Positions 10,253-20,241 of a stretch of DNA of 64,000 nt are shown in pieces (position 1 is the first letter of the stretch; every line of letters starts with the position of its first letter). The notes beneath the pieces are model-generated. The model had not been told where the DNA came from, did not search any database, and saw nothing but the letters and a program-made list of their open reading frames with translations. The stretch lies in the NCBI GenBank assembly GCA_042216675.1, contig JBDGTS010000008.1:1-64000 (forward strand). The letters are read 5' to 3'. A program made the translations under genes and the position numbers. The stretch is from Halobacteriaceae archaeon. Its GTDB lineage: Archaea > Halobacteriota > Halobacteria > Halobacteriales > Halobacteriaceae.

Positions 10253-11613
10253 GCGTCTCCCTCCGTGGTGCCGCCGTCAGCGACTGGTTCGGAGCCACCG
10301 ACCTCCTCGATAGCGAACTCGGGGTACGCGGAGAGGCCGTGCTCGGACTGGTCGAGCCCGTCGATCTCGTCGGATTCGCTGACACGAAGGTCCATGAACA
10401 GACCCACGATGCTCAGCGTAATGATGGTGCCGACCACGCCCCACGTGCCGAGGATGGCGGAGCCCGCAATCTGCATCACGAACTGGTCCATGCTGAAGCC
10501 GGCCGTGTCGAAGACCGGAATCAGGATCGTGCCGATGAAGCCAGCGCTCCCGTGGACCGCGAAGACGCCACAGACGTCGTCGATTTTCAGCGAGTCCACG
10601 ACCCAGCGGTAGACGAACGGCGTCTGGAGGCCGCCGATGAGGCCGATGGCCAGCGCGCCGTACCACGTGACGTGGGCACAGGCGCCCGTAATCGCCACGA
10701 GGCCGGCGAGCAGGCCGTTCGCCGCGAACAGTGGGTCGGGCTTGCCTTCCCAGACCGTCGTGACCGCCGTCGAGGCGACGGCGCCGACGCCCATCGCGAG
10801 CGTCGTGTTCAGCAGGACGCGGCCGAGGGCCTGCCCCTGAAAGGCCATGTTGCTGAGCGTGGTGCCGCTCAGGACGGTGGCCTGCGTGCCGACGTTGAAG
10901 CCGTACCAGCCGAAGGCGAGGAACAGCGTCCCCAGCATCGCCAGCAGCACCGAGTGGCCGGGGATTGGCTGTGAGTTGCCCTCGCTGTCGAAGCGACCGC
11001 GGCGTGGTCCGATCATCTTCGCCGCCGTCAGGCCCGCGATGCCGCCCAGCGCGTGGACGACGGTCGCACCCGCGAAGTCCTGGTAGCCGGCGCCGATGGC
11101 CTCAGCGAGGTAGCCGCCCCCGCCCAGCGAGAGCAGGCCCCCCTTCCACGTGAGGCCGAGTGCGACGGGGTAGATGATCGCCGTCATCGCGATGGCCGTC
11201 GCCACGTACGCGCCGAAGTTCATCCGGCCCGCCACGGCCCCGGAGACGATGGTCGCCGCGGTCATGGCGAACACCGCGCCGAAGAACCAGTTGATCCAGA
11301 CCATCGACCCCCCGGCGGGGTCAGCCAAGTACGCGAAGGCCGCGCCCACGTCCAGCGCGCTCGAGGACGTGAGTTGGGCGACGACGGTGGCTAACCCGGA
11401 GCCGAGCAGGAAGAACACCAGCACGCCCAGCGCCCAGTCCATGAGGTTCTTCATGAACACGTTCGCGGCGTTCCGCGCGCGGACCTGTCCTGCTTCCAGC
11501 AGCGCGAACCCCGGCTGCATGAAGAAGATCAGGAAGCAGATCACCAGCACCCACACCGCGTAGATGCTGTCCGCGATGGCGGTGATGCTCGTCTGTAGCG
11601 GTTCGACTACCAT
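10249..11613 (-). CDS. amt: Ammonium transporter
   Basis: [39 protein letters not shown]. Confidence 0.95.
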   Translation of the reverse strand: MVVEPLQTSITAIADSIYAVWVLVICFLIFFMQPGFALLEAGQVRARNAANVFMKNLMDWALGVLVFFLLGSGLATVVAQLTSSSALDVGAAFAYLADPAGGSMVWINWFFGAVFAMTAATIVSGAVAGRMNFGAYVATAIAMTAIIYPVALGLTWKGGLLSLGGGGYLAEAIGAGYQDFAGATVVHALGGIAGLTAAKMIGPRRGRFDSEGNSQPIPGHSVLLAMLGTLFLAFGWYGFNVGTQATVLSGTTLSNMAFQGQALGRVLLNTTLAMGVGAVASTAVTTVWEGKPDPLFAANGLLAGLVAITGACAHVTWYGALAIGLIGGLQTPFVYRWVVDSLKIDDVCGVFAVHGSAGFIGTILIPVFDTAGFSMDQFVMQIAGSAILGTWGVVGTIITLSIVGLFMDLRVSESDEIDGLDQSEHGLSAYPEFAIEEVGGSEPVADGGTTEGDA

Positions 11614-11888
11614 TCGCCCACCTCCACAAAGGAAATACTCTGTGACCGTTCATCCGCAATTTCGTATGATTTCGCCATGTTCGTCTTGTACCTCGCACCT
11701 AATCGGCAAGGATGGATACTAAATAAACTCTGCCGTTTATGAACGGGCAGTAATCCGGGTGTTAATAGACAACCGTGAAATCTAATATCGGATTAAATGT
11801 ATATAAGGATGTAAACCGCGAAAATCCCACGCAAGAATTGCGGCGCCGCTGGACGGATAAAGTGACGGGGAAGTTACTCTTCGACCGC

Positions 11889-12851
11889 TCAGAGCCGGCG
11901 CGCGACGTCCTCCGCGAAGTACGTCACGACGAGGTCGGCGCCCGCGCGCTTGATACTCGTCAGTGATTCGAGCGCGACGGCCTCCAAGTCGAGCCACCCC
12001 CGGTCGGCGGCGGCGTGGAGCATCGCGTACTCCCCGGAGACGTTGTACGCCGCGACGGGATGGTCGAACTGCTCGCGCACGTCGGCCACCACGTCGAGGT
12101 AGGGGAGCGCCGGCTTGACCATCAGCACGTCAGCGCCCTGTTCCACGTCGCGGGCCACCTCGCGGCGCGCCTCGCGGCCGTTCGCGGGGTCCATCTGGTA
12201 GTGCCGGCGGTTCCCGAACGCGGGCGCGCCGTCCGCGGCGTCCCGGAACGGCCCGTAGAACGCGCTCTCGTACTTCGCGGCGTAGCTCATGACCGGCAGG
12301 CTCTCGTGGCCCGCCTCGTCGAGCGCCGCCCGGATGGCGCCCACCTGCCCGTCCATCATCCCGCTGGGGGCCACCATGTCCGCGCCCGCCTCGGCGTGTG
12401 AGACGGCCGTTCGGCCGTACAGGGAAAGCGTCTCGTCGTTCGCGACGGTCAGGTCGTCGCCAAGCACCCCGCAGTGGCCGTGGCTCGTGTACTCACAGAG
12501 GCACACGTCGGTGACGACGTAGGCGTCCGTCTCCTCGGTGATGGCCCGCGTCGCCCGCTGGACCACGCCGCTCTCGGCCCACGCCCGCGTTCCGCGCTCG
12601 TCTTTCGACTCCGGGATGCCAAAGAGGATGACGGCCTCGACGCCCGTCTCCAGTATCTCCTCGACTCGCTCGACGGCCTCGTCGACGGGCACTCGCTCGT
12701 GGCCCGGCATCGACTCGATCGGCACGCGCTCGTCCGCCGTCGCGTCGACGAACACGGGCGCGATGAGGTCCTCGGGGCGCACCGTCGTCTCGCTCACCAT
12801 CCCGCGGATGCCGTCCGCCCTGAGCCGGCGGGGACGACGCGTCAGGTCCAT
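11889..12851 (-). CDS. hemB: Porphobilinogen synthase, Zn-type
   Basis: DVCLCEYTSHGHCG, APSGMMDG, SAFYGPFR, MVKPAL, YNVSGEY. Confidence 0.96.
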   Translation of the reverse strand: MDLTRRPRRLRADGIRGMVSETTVRPEDLIAPVFVDATADERVPIESMPGHERVPVDEAVERVEEILETGVEAVILFGIPESKDERGTRAWAESGVVQRATRAITEETDAYVVTDVCLCEYTSHGHCGVLGDDLTVANDETLSLYGRTAVSHAEAGADMVAPSGMMDGQVGAIRAALDEAGHESLPVMSYAAKYESAFYGPFRDAADGAPAFGNRRHYQMDPANGREARREVARDVEQGADVLMVKPALPYLDVVADVREQFDHPVAAYNVSGEYAMLHAAADRGWLDLEAVALESLTSIKRAGADLVVTYFAEDVARRL

Positions 12852-12893
12852 GCGCGTTGGTGGGTGGCCCGCGCGGTTAAGCGTACGCTTGTG

Positions 12894-13598
12894 CTACAGC
12901 GTGGCTGTGGCCGCCACCACCGTCGCGGCGGCCAGCGTCGCCCAGTCACGGCCCGAGAAGGAGAGTGGCGGCAGGGTCGGGTTCCACGCGAAACAGCGGG
13001 CGCGGAGCGCCAGCGAGAGCGCCTCGGAGCGCCCGAACGCCCGACCGAGCCCGGTGACGCCGACCAGCCGAATCCGGTCCCGGAGCGAGCGCTCGGCCGC
13101 GAGTCGGGCGTGCATCGCCGACCGGATGCGCGCGAGGTCCGCACGCAGGACCGGGAGGAGGCGGAACACCATCCCGACGCCGAGCCCGAGGAACACGCCC
13201 ACGCGGCCGGGAACGAGCCACTGCACCGCCGCGCGCGACTCTCGGACCCGGGTCGTCCGGACGTAGGCGGCGCCCACCAGCACCGTCAGCCCGACCCGGA
13301 CGCCCGCGAGCGCCGGAAAGACGGCATCTTCGGGGACGAACCACGGGGGGCCGAGTCGCGCCCCCTCGACGAGCGGTGCCGCGAGCAGGAAGGGCAGGAA
13401 TCCGCGGAACGCCCACAGCGTCCGGAGCGGCGGCGTTCGCGAGAGCGCGAGGACGCCGAGGGTCACCGCACCCGCCGCGACGAGGCCCCGCGGCGTCGTG
13501 TGCGCGAACGCGGCGACGGCGAAGGCGGCCTGAAACGCCAACTTCGCGCGGGCGTCGAGAGTGTGGGCGAGCGAGTCGCCCGGTTCGTAGGCTAGCAC
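12894..13598 (-). CDS. ECF transporter T component (BioN/CbiQ-like)
   Basis: LDARAKL..AMHAR..ALRAR; hydrophobic; operon with bioY. Confidence 0.88.
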   Translation of the reverse strand: MLAYEPGDSLAHTLDARAKLAFQAAFAVAAFAHTTPRGLVAAGAVTLGVLALSRTPPLRTLWAFRGFLPFLLAAPLVEGARLGPPWFVPEDAVFPALAGVRVGLTVLVGAAYVRTTRVRESRAAVQWLVPGRVGVFLGLGVGMVFRLLPVLRADLARIRSAMHARLAAERSLRDRIRLVGVTGLGRAFGRSEALSLALRARCFAWNPTLPPLSFSGRDWATLAAATVVAATATL

Positions 13599-14293
13599 GG
13601 CGGACGCACGCCGAGTTCGGCGAGGTCGTCGCGCAGGGCCGCCGGTGTGCCGTCGGCGACGATTTCGCCGTCGCCGAGGACCGCCACGCGGTCGGCGAGT
13701 GACGCCACGTCCCGCAAGTCGTGGGTGACGACGACCACGCTCCGGCCCTCAGCGGACAGCGCCCCCAACCTGTCGAGAACGGCCTGTCGCGCCGGCCAGT
13801 CCAGCCCCGCGAACGGTTCGTCACAGACGAGGTGGTCGGGGTCCATCGCCAGCGCACCGGCGATGGCGACGCGGGCCTGCTCCCCGCCGGAGAGTTCGTC
13901 GATGCGCTCCTCGCGGCGGCCGGCCATGTTCACCGCGCCGAGGGCGTCGCGCGTCCGGCGGTCGATTTCCGCGCGGTCGAGGCCGAGGTTCTCCGGTCCG
14001 AACGCCACGTCCGTGTCCACCGTCGCCGCGACGAACTGGTCGCGGGGCTCCTGAAACACCATGCCGACGCTCGCGCGCGCGGCCACGAGGTCCTCCTCGA
14101 CGGGCGTCCCGTTGACCCGCACCGTGCCCTCGTCGGGGTCCAGCAGGCCGTTGAAGTGCCGAATCAGCGTCGTCTTGCCGGAGCCGTTTGGCCCCGCGAG
14201 GACGAGGAACTCGCCGTCGTCGACGGTGAGGTCCACGCCGTCGACGGCGACGGTGTCCCCGTAGCGGTGGACGAGGCCCGCCGTCGCTATCAT
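13592..14293 (-). CDS. ECF transporter ATPase (BioM/CbiO-like)
   Basis: GPNGSGKTT, LSGGEQ, CDEP, VTHD. Confidence 0.92.
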   Translation of the reverse strand: MIATAGLVHRYGDTVAVDGVDLTVDDGEFLVLAGPNGSGKTTLIRHFNGLLDPDEGTVRVNGTPVEEDLVAARASVGMVFQEPRDQFVAATVDTDVAFGPENLGLDRAEIDRRTRDALGAVNMAGRREERIDELSGGEQARVAIAGALAMDPDHLVCDEPFAGLDWPARQAVLDRLGALSAEGRSVVVVTHDLRDVASLADRVAVLGDGEIVADGTPAALRDDLAELGVRPPC

Positions 14294-14877
14294 CGAGCGA
14301 AGATGGCGTCGCTCCGCACGACGCCGATGGCCGCCGCGGCCTTGATGGCGCCGGTGAGGAGGAACGTACTCGTCAGCGCCAGCACCTTCCCCAGCGAGTA
14401 GCCGACGACGAGGACGAGGCCGACACCGCCCAGTCCCCAGACGACGAGCGACCCGGCGGCGATGGCGGCGGCGAGGCGCCACACCGGAATCTCGCGCGGG
14501 TCGCGGAGGTTGACGCCGCCGTGTGCGACGAGGCCGATGACGAACGCGCCGACGACGAACCCGACGATGTACCCTCCGGTCGGCCCGAGAATCACACCCA
14601 TGCCGCTCGCACCCTCCGCGAACACGGGCAACCCGAGCGCTCCCGACAGCATGTACAGGGTGAACGACGCGGCCCCCCACACCGGGCCGAGAACGATGCC
14701 GCCCAGATACACCCACAGCGTCTGGAGCGTCAGCGGCACCGTGCCACCGAACAGCGGATGTTGGATGCTCGATATCGGTGCCGTCGCGGCCGTCACCGCG
14801 GCGAACACCACGGCGCGGGCGACGTTCAGCGCGGCTTCCTCGCCGACGAGTTTCACGTCCTCCGTCTCGACGCTCAT
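14290..14877 (-). CDS. bioY: Biotin transporter S component
   Basis: VPLTLQTL..GLPVFA..GPTGGYIVGF. Confidence 0.92.
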   Translation of the reverse strand: MSVETEDVKLVGEEAALNVARAVVFAAVTAATAPISSIQHPLFGGTVPLTLQTLWVYLGGIVLGPVWGAASFTLYMLSGALGLPVFAEGASGMGVILGPTGGYIVGFVVGAFVIGLVAHGGVNLRDPREIPVWRLAAAIAAGSLVVWGLGGVGLVLVVGYSLGKVLALTSTFLLTGAIKAAAAIGVVRSDAIFAR

Positions 14878-14889
14878 ACCTGCCCTGAC

Positions 14890-14920
14890 TCGTCAACCGG
14901 TTTCAATCTGACGTTTACGA
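14890..14920. promoter_or_regulatory. Putative BirA-type biotin operator
   Basis: tcgtcaac-N15-gtttacga inverted repeat 13 bp upstream of bioY; resembles TGTAAAC-N15/16-GTTGACA. Confidence 0.65.
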
Positions 14921-14970
14921 ACCGCGACCCGACAGACATTTGACGCTGCCCCTACTGAATCGTTGTCAGT

Positions 14971-15567
14971 ATGGACGAGAAGACGGCGGAACTCCGTGAC
15001 CTGTTCGTCGAGGTGACCGACGAGGAGACGGTCACGGAGTCACAGGCCGAGACGCCCGGGTCGCTCGTCTCCGGTGACGACCCCGACGAGCGACTCGCAG
15101 ACGTCGTCGCGGAGATGCGCGCCGCCCTCGACTTCGCCACGGACCTCCCCGACGCGGCGCTCGTGGCCGTCGTCCGGGGCTACTACGGCGGGGAGTCCGA
15201 CGCCGACATCGCCGCTGACGTCGACGCCGACGTCGACGCCGACGTCGTCGCCGAGGCCCGCCTCGATATGCACCTGATTCGGGACGACGACGTGCCCGTC
15301 GACGCTGATGCGGTCCGCACAGCCGTCGACGAGGGGGCCGACGACGCCGCACTCGCGGAGCGCTTCGACGTTCGCGAGTCAGCGGTCCGCCGCGCCCGCC
15401 GCGCCGTCGTCGCTCGCCGTGAGAGCCGTCGCGTCAACCGCCGCTATCGCGACCAGTTCGAGAGCATCCTCGACGACCGGGACATCGCCGAACGCATGAC
15501 CGGCGACGAGGCCGAGGACGAACTCGCGGGCGCCACCGAGGGCCAAGAGGTCGACGTGAACTTCTAA
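14971..15567 (+). CDS. Conserved haloarchaeal protein (conditioned medium-induced protein 4-like)
   Basis: MDEKTAELRDLF..TVTESQ start and EVDVNF end recalled as typical of this family; HTH-like segments. Confidence 0.7.
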   Translation: MDEKTAELRDLFVEVTDEETVTESQAETPGSLVSGDDPDERLADVVAEMRAALDFATDLPDAALVAVVRGYYGGESDADIAADVDADVDADVVAEARLDMHLIRDDDVPVDADAVRTAVDEGADDAALAERFDVRESAVRRARRAVVARRESRRVNRRYRDQFESILDDRDIAERMTGDEAEDELAGATEGQEVDVNF

Positions 15568-15592
15568 GGGCGAGAGCGCGGCCAGCGTCGGC

Positions 15593-16231
15593 GTGTCCGT
15601 CACGTTCAGCGACCTCTCGACGGCCGCGTACTGTCCGCGACAGCTGTACTACGCCCGCCGCGACGACCGGGCGCCCCCGCCCCGCGTCGAGCGCATTCGA
15701 GCGCTCGCCTTCCGGTATCCCTCGATTCTCGACGGGGCCGCCCCGACCGACGCCGCGATACCCGCGGCCGAGTACCGCCGCCGTCTCCGCGCGCTTCGGG
15801 ACCGCGACCCGACACTCTGGCGTGCGCTTACCGACCCCGCCGAGCGCGAGCCGGTGGTGACCGGCCGCGACTGCCGCGGCGTCGTCCACAAGGTCCTCGC
15901 CGGGCCGGTGCCGTCGCTCGTCGTCGCCGGGGACCCGCCGGAGAACGGCGTCTGGGAGCCACAGTCCGTCCGCGCGGTGGCGGCGGCGAAGGCGCTCGCG
16001 TACCGCGAGGAAACCTCGGTCGAACGCGCCGTCGTCGAGTATCCCGCGCACGCCGTCGTCCGCGAACTCTCGCTCACGGGCCGCAGAAAGGCCACCTATC
16101 GTCGGGCGCTCCGCGCTGTTCGGTCGCTCGACGGGCCGCCGTCCCGCATCGACGACGACGCGAAGTGCGATGCCTGTGATTACCGCGAGACGTGTGGCGT
16201 GCCGACTCGCTCCCTACGCTCGCTCCTGTAG
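15593..16231 (+). CDS. Solo Cas4-like Fe-S protein with degenerate nuclease motifs
   Basis: AAYCPRQLYY and C-terminal KCDACDYRETC. Confidence 0.8.
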   Translation: MSVTFSDLSTAAYCPRQLYYARRDDRAPPPRVERIRALAFRYPSILDGAAPTDAAIPAAEYRRRLRALRDRDPTLWRALTDPAEREPVVTGRDCRGVVHKVLAGPVPSLVVAGDPPENGVWEPQSVRAVAAAKALAYREETSVERAVVEYPAHAVVRELSLTGRRKATYRRALRAVRSLDGPPSRIDDDAKCDACDYRETCGVPTRSLRSLL

Positions 16232-16810
16232 CCAGCGCTCGACGGCGTCCGCGCTCGCGCCGCGGCGGTGGATTTCGCCCGCCGCCACGTCGACGACGGT
16301 ACTCTCGGTGCCGGGCGTCTCGCCGCCGTCGAGGACGACGGCCGCGCCGTCACGGATCTCCGGGTCGAGGTCGGCGACGCGCGTGACGCTCCCGCGCCCG
16401 CTGACGTTGGCGCTCGTGCCGGTCACCGGCCCGGCGGCGTCGAGGAACTGCCGCGCGAGGCCGTGGTCCGGAACCCGGATGCCCACGCGGTCCCGCCCGC
16501 CGGTCAGGGCGTCGGGGACGGCGGCGCGCTTCTCGCAGACGACGGTGACCGGGCCGGGCAGGAACGCGGTCATGAACGCCCGCTCCGTTTCGGTCGTCCG
16601 CACGTAGTCGAACGCGTCCGCGGGGTCGGACACGGCCAGCGAGAGCGGGTCGTCGCGGTCTCGCCCCTTCGCCGCGAAGACGCGCTCGACGGGCTCGGAG
16701 TCCAGCGCGTCCGCGCCGAGGCCGTACACCGTCTCGGTGGGATAGACGACCATCTCGCCGGCCGCGACGGCTTCCGCGGCCCGCTCGATTTCGTCCGCGG
16801 CGGCGCTCAT
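16214..16810 (-). CDS. tsaC: L-threonylcarbamoyladenylate synthase (Sua5/TsaC)
   Basis: YPTETVYGLG, AKGR, PGPVT, GIRVP, TSANVSG. Confidence 0.93.
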   Translation of the reverse strand: MSAAADEIERAAEAVAAGEMVVYPTETVYGLGADALDSEPVERVFAAKGRDRDDPLSLAVSDPADAFDYVRTTETERAFMTAFLPGPVTVVCEKRAAVPDALTGGRDRVGIRVPDHGLARQFLDAAGPVTGTSANVSGRGSVTRVADLDPEIRDGAAVVLDGGETPGTESTVVDVAAGEIHRRGASADAVERWLQERA

Positions 16811-17316
16811 CGGTCCGCGAACGCGGCCTCCACCGCGTCGTAGTCCGGAAACTCCGGCCACTCCTCGGCGACCCACGCGTGGGTGACGGTGCGGTCGGGT
16901 TCGAGGACGAACACGGCCGGCCGCGGTTCCGCCACGCCGGTCATACCGTCGAGGTCGTGTTCGACGCCGTACTCCTCGGCGACGTGGTTCGCGGGGTCGC
17001 TGAACAGGCGCATCTCGGCCTCGCGTTCGCCGAGGAGCGTCGTGTGCTCGTACGGCGTCGAAATCGAGACGCCGAGCAGCTGAATCTCCTCGTCCCAGCC
17101 GCGCTCTGCGATCTCCTGCCAGATGTAGGTGGTCGGGAACGCCCCGTCCATCGGATGGAAGACGAGGACGGCCCGGTCGCCGCCCATCGCGTCCGACAGC
17201 GACGAATCCTCCCAGTACTCCTCGTTCACGAGCGGCCGGGTGAACTCCGGCGCCGTCTCGCCGGCCTCGACGTGGTCCGTCGCCGGAAGGTCGACGACCT
17301 CGAAGGGGAGATCCAT
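16807..17316 (-). CDS. Peroxiredoxin/AhpC-fold protein lacking cysteine
   Basis: GETAPEF..VLVFHP..LFSD....VAEEYGV..RPAVFV. Confidence 0.8.
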   Translation of the reverse strand: MDLPFEVVDLPATDHVEAGETAPEFTRPLVNEEYWEDSSLSDAMGGDRAVLVFHPMDGAFPTTYIWQEIAERGWDEEIQLLGVSISTPYEHTTLLGEREAEMRLFSDPANHVAEEYGVEHDLDGMTGVAEPRPAVFVLEPDRTVTHAWVAEEWPEFPDYDAVEAAFADR

Positions 17317-17573
17317 CAGCTCTCACCCCCGTCGCCGTAGGTGCGGTCGAGATACTCGACGATGTTCGCGCTCTCGGCCATCGTCACGTCGGTCTCCTCG
17401 TCCACGAGCGCCGGCACCGTGCGCACGCCCGCCACCCGCTTGACGGCGTCGCGCTCGCTGTGAAGCGGGAGTACGAACCGGGAGTCGTACGCCAGCCCCA
17501 GTTCGTCCAGCTTGTGGACGACCCGCTCACAGAACGGACAGGCCTGTAGTCGGTAGAGAATGCGCTCTGCCAT
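17316..17573 (-). CDS. Glutaredoxin/GST-N-like protein
   Basis: CPFC, RTVPALVD, MAESANIVEYL. Confidence 0.88.
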   Translation of the reverse strand: MAERILYRLQACPFCERVVHKLDELGLAYDSRFVLPLHSERDAVKRVAGVRTVPALVDEETDVTMAESANIVEYLDRTYGDGGES

Positions 17574-17663
17574 GGGCGTTCGTTTGGCCGTCAGCGGGGT
17601 AAGCGTGTTGCTCGTTCGGGAAGAAACGCTTATCCACCCGGCCTCATAACGTCACGCCACCAC

Positions 17664-19031
17664 ATGGGCATACACTCGCTAGCGGCGGTACCCATTTCGA
17701 GCGCGATTCTCGGTGTCGAACCCACGAAGGAGGTAATCACAGCGCTCGGCGTCGTCGCCCTCATCGTTCTGATGGGGCTGTCGGCGTTCTTCTCCTCCTC
17801 CGAGATCGCGATGTTCTCTCTCGCCCAGCATCGCATCGAGGCGCTCGCTGACGAGGGGCTCCCGGGGTCGAAGACCATCAAGGACCTCCAGTCGAACCCC
17901 CACCGTCTGCTCGTCACCATTCTGGTCGGCAACAACCTCGTGAACATCGCGATGTCCTCCATCTCGACGGCCATCGTGGGGTTCTACTTCGACGCCGGCC
18001 CGGCCGTCCTCATCTCCACGTTCGGCATCACGGCCCTCGTGTTGCTGTTCGGCGAGAGCGCCCCGAAGTCTTACGCCGTCGAGAACACCGAGTCGTGGGC
18101 GCTCCGCATCGCGCGCCCCCTGAAGTACTCGGAGTACGTGTTGTTGCCCCTCGTCGTCACGTTCGACTACCTCACGCGGGCCGTCAACCGCATCACCGGG
18201 GGGCGCTCGGCAATCGAGTCCTCCTACGTCACCCGCGACGAGATTCAGGACATGATCGAGACGGGGGAGCGCGAGGGCGTCATCGACGAGGAGGAGCGAG
18301 AGATGCTCCAGCGCATCTTCCGCTTCAACAACACCATCGCCAAGGAGGTGATGACCCCGCGACTGGACATGACGGCCATCTCGACGGACGCGTCCATCGA
18401 AGAGGCCCTCCAAGAGTGCATCCAGAGCGGACACGCCCGTCTCCCCGTCTACGAGGGAAGCCTCGACAACGTCATCGGCGTCGTCAACATCCGCGACCTC
18501 GTTCGCGACTACGAGTTCGGCGCCGAACGAGGGACGACGGGTCTCGAGGACGTCATCGAACCGACGCTCCACGTCCCGGAGTCGAAGAACGTCGACGAAC
18601 TCCTCGCGGAGATGCGGGAGAACCGCCTCCAGATGGTCGTCGTCATCGACGAGTTCGGCACCACCGAGGGGCTGGTGACGATGGAGGACATGATCGAGGA
18701 AATCGTCGGCGAAATCCTCGAAGGCGGCGAGGAGGAACCCCTCGAACGCGTCGACGAGAACACGGTCATCGTCCGCGGCGAGGTGAACATCGACGAGGTC
18801 AACGAGGCCCTCGACGTCGAGATTCCCGAGGGTGAGGAGTTCGAGACCATCGCCGGGTTCGTGTTCAACCGCGCGGGCCGCCTCGTGGAGGCCGGTGAGG
18901 ACATCGAGTACGAGGACATCCGCATCACCGTCGAACAGGTGGAGAACACCCGCATCGTTGAGGCGCGAATCGAACGCCTCCCGGCGGAGGACGAGGCGGA
19001 GGGCGAGGACGCCGTCGAGCCTGAGTCCTAG
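17664..19031 (+). CDS. CNNM/HlyC-CorC family CBS-domain protein
   Basis: SAFFSSSEIA, GESAPK, EVMTPR, VIDEFG.TEGLVTMED, ETIAG. Confidence 0.92.
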   Translation: MGIHSLAAVPISSAILGVEPTKEVITALGVVALIVLMGLSAFFSSSEIAMFSLAQHRIEALADEGLPGSKTIKDLQSNPHRLLVTILVGNNLVNIAMSSISTAIVGFYFDAGPAVLISTFGITALVLLFGESAPKSYAVENTESWALRIARPLKYSEYVLLPLVVTFDYLTRAVNRITGGRSAIESSYVTRDEIQDMIETGEREGVIDEEEREMLQRIFRFNNTIAKEVMTPRLDMTAISTDASIEEALQECIQSGHARLPVYEGSLDNVIGVVNIRDLVRDYEFGAERGTTGLEDVIEPTLHVPESKNVDELLAEMRENRLQMVVVIDEFGTTEGLVTMEDMIEEIVGEILEGGEEEPLERVDENTVIVRGEVNIDEVNEALDVEIPEGEEFETIAGFVFNRAGRLVEAGEDIEYEDIRITVEQVENTRIVEARIERLPAEDEAEGEDAVEPES

Positions 19032-20206
19032 AAGGCGGCCGACGCGGCCGCGAACGCGACGTAACTCGCGCCGAAGGCGAGGACGAGCGACCCGACCCAC
19101 GCCAGCACGGTGAAGACCATTTTCCGACGGCTCACGCCCGCCCGCCCGGCGGCGTAGCCGCTCCCGACGATGGCGCTGACGATGATTTCGTTGAACGAGA
19201 CGGGGATGCCGAAGAACACGGCCGTCTGCGCGATGGCGAAGGAGGGGATGAGCGCCGCGATGGACCGCCGCGGCCCCAGCGAGGAGTAGTCCTGTGAGAG
19301 CGCCTTTATCATCCGCGGCGCGCCGGTCCACGACCCCACGAGGAGGCCCGCGCCGCCGAGTGCCAAGAGCGCCATCGGGACGCCGCTCCCGCCCGTCTCG
19401 ATGAGCGGAATCAGCGGCCCGACGGCGAGGCCCACCTGCGTGCCGCCCGCCGAGAACGCCACGAGCGCCCCCAGCGCCAGCAGGAAGTGCTGTTGACCGC
19501 GCGCGGAGGAACCGGCCATGTCGTAGGCCAGCGCCCCCGCGGAGAAAAGCGCCAGCGCCAGCGTGCCGGCGGCGCGGACGAGTACCGGGGCGCCCGTGCC
19601 GCCCGCGAGCGCGCCCGCCATCGACACGCTCTCGCCGGCGGGACCGAGGAAGACGAAGCCGATGTTCGCGACGATGGCGCCGACGACGGCGGCCAACACC
19701 GGGATGGTGTACCGGTCGCGGTCGATGTCCCGGAGCAGGCGCGCCGTGCCGTAGGCGATGCCGCCGCCGACGAACGGCACGAGCACCCAGAGGGTCCCGA
19801 TCTCCTGATACTTCGCCCACGCCGGCCCGCGGCCGAGCGCCAACCCGGCACCGACGACGGCGCCAGTGACGGTGAACGCGGTGGCGATGGGGTAGCCCGT
19901 GAACACGCCGACGGCGACGAGCGTCGCGGCCGTCGCCAGCGCGATGATGGCCGCCAGCGGCGTGAGCGTGCCGCCGACGACGAGTTCGGAGCCGACGGCT
20001 TCGGAGACGGCCGCACCTTGGAGTACAGCCCCCGCGAAGCCGAGCAATCCGACGAAGAAGCCCGCCCGCATGACGGGAATCGCGTTGGCGCCGACGGCGG
20101 GCGCGAACGGGGTCGACCCCGAGGACCCGGCGCCGATGGACCACGCCATGAACAGACTCGCGACTCCGGCGACGGCCAGCGTCGCGACCGCGGCAGGGTC
20201 GACCAT
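19028..20206 (-). CDS. PiT-family inorganic phosphate/anion transporter
   Basis: AWSIGAGS..FAPAVGA; AFSAGGTQVG; GIPVSFN. Confidence 0.85.
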   Translation of the reverse strand: MVDPAAVATLAVAGVASLFMAWSIGAGSSGSTPFAPAVGANAIPVMRAGFFVGLLGFAGAVLQGAAVSEAVGSELVVGGTLTPLAAIIALATAATLVAVGVFTGYPIATAFTVTGAVVGAGLALGRGPAWAKYQEIGTLWVLVPFVGGGIAYGTARLLRDIDRDRYTIPVLAAVVGAIVANIGFVFLGPAGESVSMAGALAGGTGAPVLVRAAGTLALALFSAGALAYDMAGSSARGQQHFLLALGALVAFSAGGTQVGLAVGPLIPLIETGGSGVPMALLALGGAGLLVGSWTGAPRMIKALSQDYSSLGPRRSIAALIPSFAIAQTAVFFGIPVSFNEIIVSAIVGSGYAAGRAGVSRRKMVFTVLAWVGSLVLAFGASYVAFAAASAAF

Positions 20207-20241
20207 GGATGGGGAAGCCCGCGGGCGCTACTAAAGTGTGG

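Noticed and set aside
4352-10385. Apparent long N-terminal extensions on HemD, HemC and HemL
   Set aside because: Arg/Pro-rich off-frame read-ups across upstream genes; real starts are at 5083, 6869 and 9293.
15593-16231. CRISPR-Cas locus suggested by the Cas4-like gene
   Set aside because: No cas1/cas2 or effector genes and no repeat-spacer array seen.
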